Source: Clostridia bacterium
GTDB lineage: Bacteria > Bacillota > Clostridia > Oscillospirales > CAG-272
Direction: 5' to 3'
NCBI GenBank assembly: GCA_017395715.1
Contig: JAFQNZ010000211.1
Coordinates: 1 to 54,202 of the forward strand
DNA: 54,202 nt
Shown: one piece after another, positions 49,630 through 54,202 of the stretch
Numbering within the stretch: position 1 is the stretch's first letter
How the letters are laid out: every line of letters starts with the position of its first letter
Translations under genes and position numbers: made by a program
Notes under the pieces: generated by a model
The model's input: the letters and a program-made list of their open reading frames with translations, nothing else
Told to the model about the DNA's origin: nothing
The model's database searches: none

Positions 49630-50652
49630 TTACTTCACAGTCATACGGAACTGCGTAGACTTTTTCTGGTACTTGTCGAGCACACCATCGGCTTTCATGG
49701 CATCTTTGTCGATGGTCGTGGTCTCGGAACGAGCAATCGTCCAAGTGTAGGTCTTGCCCTTGACCTCCACCTTCTTGTCACCATCACGGAACTGCGAAAC
49801 AGCGTGTTCCTTGATGATTTCGCCGATCTCCTTCAACCGCTTTTCCTTATCGGCAAGAGCGGCGGTAGCCTTGTCCACCTCGGCTTTGAGGGTTTCAGCT
49901 TCGGCAATCAGCGCGTCCATGTCGGTATCGGGGGTCAGGTTGTTGGTGCGCAGAGCTTTCAGGATTTCAGCATCCTTCTTCTCATCGAACTCAGGGCTGA
50001 CACCCGTGGCAACGTGCGCATCCCACCATGCCTGAGCCTGAGCGACCATTTCGGCGAAGTTCGGGTAACGCTGAGAAACCTTGAACTCCCTCGTGATCGT
50101 GTTCTTGGCGTTGGGGACGAACGCATCGGGATTCTCGTAATCCTTCGCACTCAGGAAGGAAGCGACCATGATTACGTCATCCACACCGAGCAGGTAGGCA
50201 TAGAGCGCGGCTTGCAGGGCATAATATTCAGGAATGTCATCTGCCCAATCCTCAGACCTCTTGGTGGTCTTGAACTCGATAACTGTATCGGGCTTACCCT
50301 CACCATCCACGAGCAGGGAGTCCCACATACCGCCGAAGACGGGGATATTGTGGAAGAAATCGCCGAAGGTCTTGTTGAAGTAACCCTCGCCGTACACATC
50401 GGTCGGGGTACGCAGGTTGGTCATGACGTAAGCCTTGCGCATATAGGCAATCTGCTTCGGTTCGATGGTCTTACCTGCGATGGTGTAGATGGTGTCCTCG
50501 AAAGGCTTCTGATAGGTCTTGGTGATCTCACACCACATTTCAAAGGGCGTAGACCACGGATTCAGACCGAGGATGGTAGCGAAGCGGGTTGCCGTGATCT
50601 TCTTCGGACGCTTGGGAGGGTCTACGATGATCGACTTATCCTGCCAGATCAT
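49630..50652 (-). CDS. YqaJ-like recombination exonuclease (PD-(D/E)xK) with a coiled-coil C-terminal extension
   Basis: ITATRFATILGLNPWSTPFEMW ... DTVIEFKTTK ... YYALQAALYAYL. Confidence 0.75.
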   Translation of the reverse strand: MIWQDKSIIVDPPKRPKKITATRFATILGLNPWSTPFEMWCEITKTYQKPFEDTIYTIAGKTIEPKQIAYMRKAYVMTNLRTPTDVYGEGYFNKTFGDFFHNIPVFGGMWDSLLVDGEGKPDTVIEFKTTKRSEDWADDIPEYYALQAALYAYLLGVDDVIMVASFLSAKDYENPDAFVPNAKNTITREFKVSQRYPNFAEMVAQAQAWWDAHVATGVSPEFDEKKDAEILKALRTNNLTPDTDMDALIAEAETLKAEVDKATAALADKEKRLKEIGEIIKEHAVSQFRDGDKKVEVKGKTYTWTIARSETTTIDKDAMKADGVLDKYQKKSTQFRMTVK

Positions 50653-53600
50653 GCGTTGTCACCTCCGAGCATTTCAGACACCTTGGTCAGAATCGCTTCA
50701 CAATCGGTCTTGCTGACTACGGTGAAGCCCTGCGTCTGAATGGCGATCTGAGCAATCCATTCCTCCTTAGAGGAATCCTTGGCGCGAAGCTGAACCAGCG
50801 CGTTCTTCAACTGCTTGATCTGGAGTTCGCTCGCGTTCCCTTCGGGCTTGGTAAGCTCCTGCTTCACCACTTCACGCTGTTCAGGAGTGGGCGGGGCTTT
50901 GGGAGCCGGGGCAGGTGCGGTGGTCGGGCGGTTTTCCATTTCATCAGCTTCCACAATGTCAAGGGCTTGCTGATACAGGTAACGGCGCATATAGGTCTCG
51001 GTCGCACCCAACGCCTGAACAGGGGTCACAGCGGAATTGCCGAGCCATTCACGCATCGGCGCAGTAAACACGATGGTGGTCTGCGGGTCGGTCATGTCCA
51101 GAATGGTCATGGTCGCATCGTCCTTGGTGAAGTTCACCATGGGGATAAGGTTCTGTTCGTGGAACAGCGGCATTGCGATGGGAACAATGTCATCCAACTC
51201 GAAATACTTGGATTTGAGCTGAATATTCTTACCCGACTTGGTGATACCAGCGGATGCGAACTTTTCGCGGACAAGCGCAAGACGCTGATAGATGTTCAAG
51301 CCCTTGTCGGCACTCTTGGTAGTAGCCATCTTCTTTTTCCTTTCCTTCTTCTCAGGCTTGATACCCAAGAAGTCATTGATTCGCTTCTTTGCCATTTCGA
51401 TGTAGAAGGTCTTATCCACATCATCAATGGTGAGGTGATTGTCGTTATCAATGATGCAATGCTCAGGAAGCATTTCGATCTTCGCCGTAGAATCATCTTC
51501 GGCTTTGACCTTAAACAATTTACCGTATCGAGTATCAGCCGTTGCATAAACGCGATTAACCTTCTGAACGGGATGTTGTTCACCATTGACAAGATGATAG
51601 GCTTCACGATATTTCTGACCAGCCTTTGCGATCAACTGGAAATCGAATATATCGTTGCAACCATTGATTGTTTCTTCCACAGGTGTACCGTTCACGAAAT
51701 ACTCGATTAGAGCTTTCTTAACGATAACCATGTTGTTGTTGATCGCCCATGCACCCTTTACAGAGATACCATAGTTCAAGTAGCTACCCACCGTTTTGAC
51801 TTCACCATCGGTTTTAATCATAAGGAGGTTGTTCACGTCCTTAATCCAAACCTTATGCACATCATCGGTTTCAAGCTCGAACTTTGTCTCAGCTTCCCAT
51901 TCGCTTGCGATTCGATCAACAATCGGGAGTTCTTCTTTGGATATGGAGTACATCAGACCATCGGTATTCAGATTGAGTAAGCGAATGGTCTTACAAGCCC
52001 CCAACAGTCTCATCGCAAGAACTGTGAGGAATAGCTGACCCGATATTCGTAAAGAACGTGTAGGGAGAGGGTCATAGAGATCGTTATACTGATTTTCCTG
52101 CGCTCCTGAGACCGTGTTCAATGGTAGTTTCAAATCCTTGGCGGTCTGCTTATCACCAACGTGCTTCGCCTGAATACGATCTCGCTTGATAGCGTAAAAC
52201 AATTCGGGGTCAGGTACGTTGCGCGAGAGATAGTTATATATCTCAATCAGCGAAGGATACAGACTTGATACGTCACGATTTTGAATAACACGATCATCAG
52301 TAGATTCTTCAAAGTAAGTCACGAGACTTCCATGAACACCACCCCATGCGTATTTGCAGGGCATACCACCAATGTCGATAGTGAAGAAGGTCTTGAACAG
52401 TTTTTCGTCAGGTATCGACTTATCGTGAATAGTGTCGAAGAAATCTAAGATGGGTTGAGGGATTACTGAAATATCGAGCGCAGGAGGATATACATAATCC
52501 CTACCGTCCGTCCATTCCTTCCTTTCTGCACGAAGCATCATAGCGGTCAGTTTCGCGTTCGTAGCCGCCAATGCTTTTACATCCGGAATACCCGCTCGTC
52601 TACCAAGATTGATCTTTGTTTTCAGATAGTCCATGCGAACTTCGACCAATCGTTCGGTAGCATCAACATCGTGCTTACAGTAATGAATGGTTTCCGCGAG
52701 TTCACCCGGCGTGAGAGGTCTATCAAGATCGAAAGAAACTGTACTTTCCTCAACCGACATACCAAGATGACCTTCTATGGCTTTCAGAGACAAAGCCTTG
52801 TATACGTCATCCTTTATGTCAATGTTGTTGAAGGAGAAGTAATTTCCGCGAATCAGAGGATGTTCCCATCCTTGACCTCCACCGATGATGTAATCATTGA
52901 GTTCTTTGACCTCCTCAATGCTCGCGTCATTACATATCGCTTTTACGATATACTGGTCATAATGTTTGGAGTTGAAACCGCAGTATACACCCTCGCTGTC
53001 GATGAACTCTTTGAGAAGTTCCGAGTCATTATGAATAACGGTGAACTGCTTGGTTTCTATATCCTTGAAGATGACCAACCAATCGTAAGCGAAGACTTCG
53101 CAGTCATAGACAAAGAGTTTGATTGTTTCACCTTCCTTTCGGGGAACAGGGTCTTTCAGCGGTCTTTTATACGCCCACGATTGGTAGTCATCGAAATCCA
53201 TGGACTTCGAGTAGGCAATCGCGTTGTTCGTCCACCGCTGTAAACGCTTGGTGATCTGGGGTGCGGAGGGTTTGTTGTAGATCATTACATAAGGCCAACA
53301 CTCGCAATTCTGAATAGCCTTGATTCTCTGCATATCCTGCTCATGAGTGGTATCGAAATTGGTGAGACAGAACACTTTTGCGTTCCTCCAATTCCATTTA
53401 CCTTTGATACGCTTACAGGCTTCTACATAAAGCCGCAGACCGCGCTCTACGGGAACGAGAGCTTCCATGCTATCCATGGCAAAATGCGGTGTTTTCAGCT
53501 TCATTCGGGCGAGCAATTCGGCTTTCTCAGGAGTGATGAGCCTTGCGTCAAACCCCTGATTGAAGTCGATTGTTGCACCTGAGTCTGCAAGCTGTTTCAG

Positions 53601-54146
53601 CAGAGAAAGTGCGTCCTTACAGGCGAGAATGTTCGGGTCGGAAAGACAGATATGCCCTTGTCCGTTCCAGAATTGAGATAAATCGGCTACCTTATGCGCA
53701 CATCGACCTTCTTTGGGAGCAACGTGGCAAAATCCACATCCCCTCGGACACCCTCTCGTGAGAAAACCATAAGCGGTTTGCTTTTTGAGTGGTAAGCCGT
53801 AACCTGTGTATTCAGGGTACAGACTGTAATCAGGGTAGATACTCTCCACTTCGGGAGGAAGTGGCGGGTCAACATCCTTGTGATAAACCTCCTTTTCACC
53901 TTCGAGCCATATCGCATATCCCGTACCACCCTTTATAACCTTCCGCGCATTTGTAGGTTCAGGTACATCGGGTGAATACACATCGCTGAACACCTTTGAC
54001 ATATACACAATGTCATACTCAGGGGCATTTTCATCGTGCCACTCAACGGTGTCACCTTGGGCTTTATGGAAAGCAGAGAGCTTCATCAGGCAGAGGTTTG
54101 GGAAATGATGACCGTCCACATCAATCAAGCCGATGCGCCGATTCAT
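50649..54146 (-). CDS. Single ORF fusing a radical-SAM-like domain, a family-B DNA polymerase and an ERF-type single-strand annealing protein
   Basis: rSAM-like part: GCPRGCGFCHV (CxxxCxxC, 53727-53750) after a flavodoxin-like N-terminus. PolB part: exo motifs YDCEVF, GFNSKHYD, YCKHDVDAT and pol motifs DVSSLYPS, KLPLNTVSG, LNTDG. ERF part: from MATTKS (ATG 51329) with ALGATETYMRRYLY. No stop codon separates the parts. ATG at 54146 is preceded by GGAGGT. Confidence 0.7.
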   Translation of the reverse strand: MNRRIGLIDVDGHHFPNLCLMKLSAFHKAQGDTVEWHDENAPEYDIVYMSKVFSDVYSPDVPEPTNARKVIKGGTGYAIWLEGEKEVYHKDVDPPLPPEVESIYPDYSLYPEYTGYGLPLKKQTAYGFLTRGCPRGCGFCHVAPKEGRCAHKVADLSQFWNGQGHICLSDPNILACKDALSLLKQLADSGATIDFNQGFDARLITPEKAELLARMKLKTPHFAMDSMEALVPVERGLRLYVEACKRIKGKWNWRNAKVFCLTNFDTTHEQDMQRIKAIQNCECWPYVMIYNKPSAPQITKRLQRWTNNAIAYSKSMDFDDYQSWAYKRPLKDPVPRKEGETIKLFVYDCEVFAYDWLVIFKDIETKQFTVIHNDSELLKEFIDSEGVYCGFNSKHYDQYIVKAICNDASIEEVKELNDYIIGGGQGWEHPLIRGNYFSFNNIDIKDDVYKALSLKAIEGHLGMSVEESTVSFDLDRPLTPGELAETIHYCKHDVDATERLVEVRMDYLKTKINLGRRAGIPDVKALAATNAKLTAMMLRAERKEWTDGRDYVYPPALDISVIPQPILDFFDTIHDKSIPDEKLFKTFFTIDIGGMPCKYAWGGVHGSLVTYFEESTDDRVIQNRDVSSLYPSLIEIYNYLSRNVPDPELFYAIKRDRIQAKHVGDKQTAKDLKLPLNTVSGAQENQYNDLYDPLPTRSLRISGQLFLTVLAMRLLGACKTIRLLNLNTDGLMYSISKEELPIVDRIASEWEAETKFELETDDVHKVWIKDVNNLLMIKTDGEVKTVGSYLNYGISVKGAWAINNNMVIVKKALIEYFVNGTPVEETINGCNDIFDFQLIAKAGQKYREAYHLVNGEQHPVQKVNRVYATADTRYGKLFKVKAEDDSTAKIEMLPEHCIIDNDNHLTIDDVDKTFYIEMAKKRINDFLGIKPEKKERKKKMATTKSADKGLNIYQRLALVREKFASAGITKSGKNIQLKSKYFELDDIVPIAMPLFHEQNLIPMVNFTKDDATMTILDMTDPQTTIVFTAPMREWLGNSAVTPVQALGATETYMRRYLYQQALDIVEADEMENRPTTAPAPAPKAPPTPEQREVVKQELTKPEGNASELQIKQLKNALVQLRAKDSSKEEWIAQIAIQTQGFTVVSKTDCEAILTKVSEMLGGDNA

Positions 54147-54202
54147 TACGACCTCCATTTCATTCAGCCGCAAAGGTAATCGACTACCTCATCGTACCGC
54201 TC
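54062..54202. repeat. Terminal overlap, identical to 1-141
   Basis: Base-by-base identity with the first 141 nt. Confidence 0.95.

Larger units (their letters stand above)
1..54202. mobile_element. Complete temperate tailed-phage genome (circular contig, siphovirus-type tail module)
   Basis: Contains integrase, CI/Cro-like pair, terS/terL, portal, scaffold, capsid, major tail, G/GT, tape measure, holin and endolysin. The two ends overlap exactly. Confidence 0.9.

Overview
The window is a complete, circularly closed genome of a temperate tailed phage. Bases 1-141 are identical to 54062-54202, so the unique length is 54,061 bp.

The morphology looks siphovirus-type: a 1948-aa tape measure, G/GT chaperones with a GGGAAAC slip site, and a major tail protein. 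The host is probably an anaerobic Gram-positive bacterium, judging by strong AGGAGG-type RBSs, an XhlA/holin/NlpC-GH25-LysM lysis cassette, and NrdD/NrdG.

About 90% of genes lie on the minus strand in one long, translationally coupled array. That array runs from a cro-like gene (5434) leftwards, across the contig junction, through replication and nucleotide-metabolism genes (54146->42234), then terS, an inserted island, terL, portal, head, tail, a DGR, and lysis (ending at 7742). Plus-strand genes are limited to the lysogeny module (CI-like repressor and large serine integrase, 5696-7723) and a GC-rich four- to five-gene cluster (33377-35369).

Main findings:
1. A complete diversity-generating retroelement (RT 10615-11721, Avd-like ORF, TR 11814-11935) has two adenine-mutagenised variable repeats. 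One is in the adjacent tail-module gene (12438-13568). One is about 7 kb away in a small early-operon protein (4471-5067). Each VR is followed by a covarying hairpin.
2. A single 1165-aa ORF joins a radical-SAM-like domain, a family-B DNA polymerase and an ERF-type annealing protein.
3. A Topo VI-A/Spo11-like stand-alone protein is present.
4. A dense nucleotide-pool module includes a divergent ThyX-like protein, MazG, DUF1599, HD, NrdD, dCMP deaminase and FolD. NrdG is displaced into the packaging module.
5. A GC-rich island carrying a resolvase splits terS from terL.
6. Several regulatory architectures are unexplained by the gene calls: CTCAGA-N4-TCTGAG promoter cassettes, three AGAGAA-loop hairpins, 52-bp phased repeats upstream of terS, intrinsic terminators inside the late operon, and face-to-face switch promoters.

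All calls come from reading the sequence and ORF translations. No database search was run.
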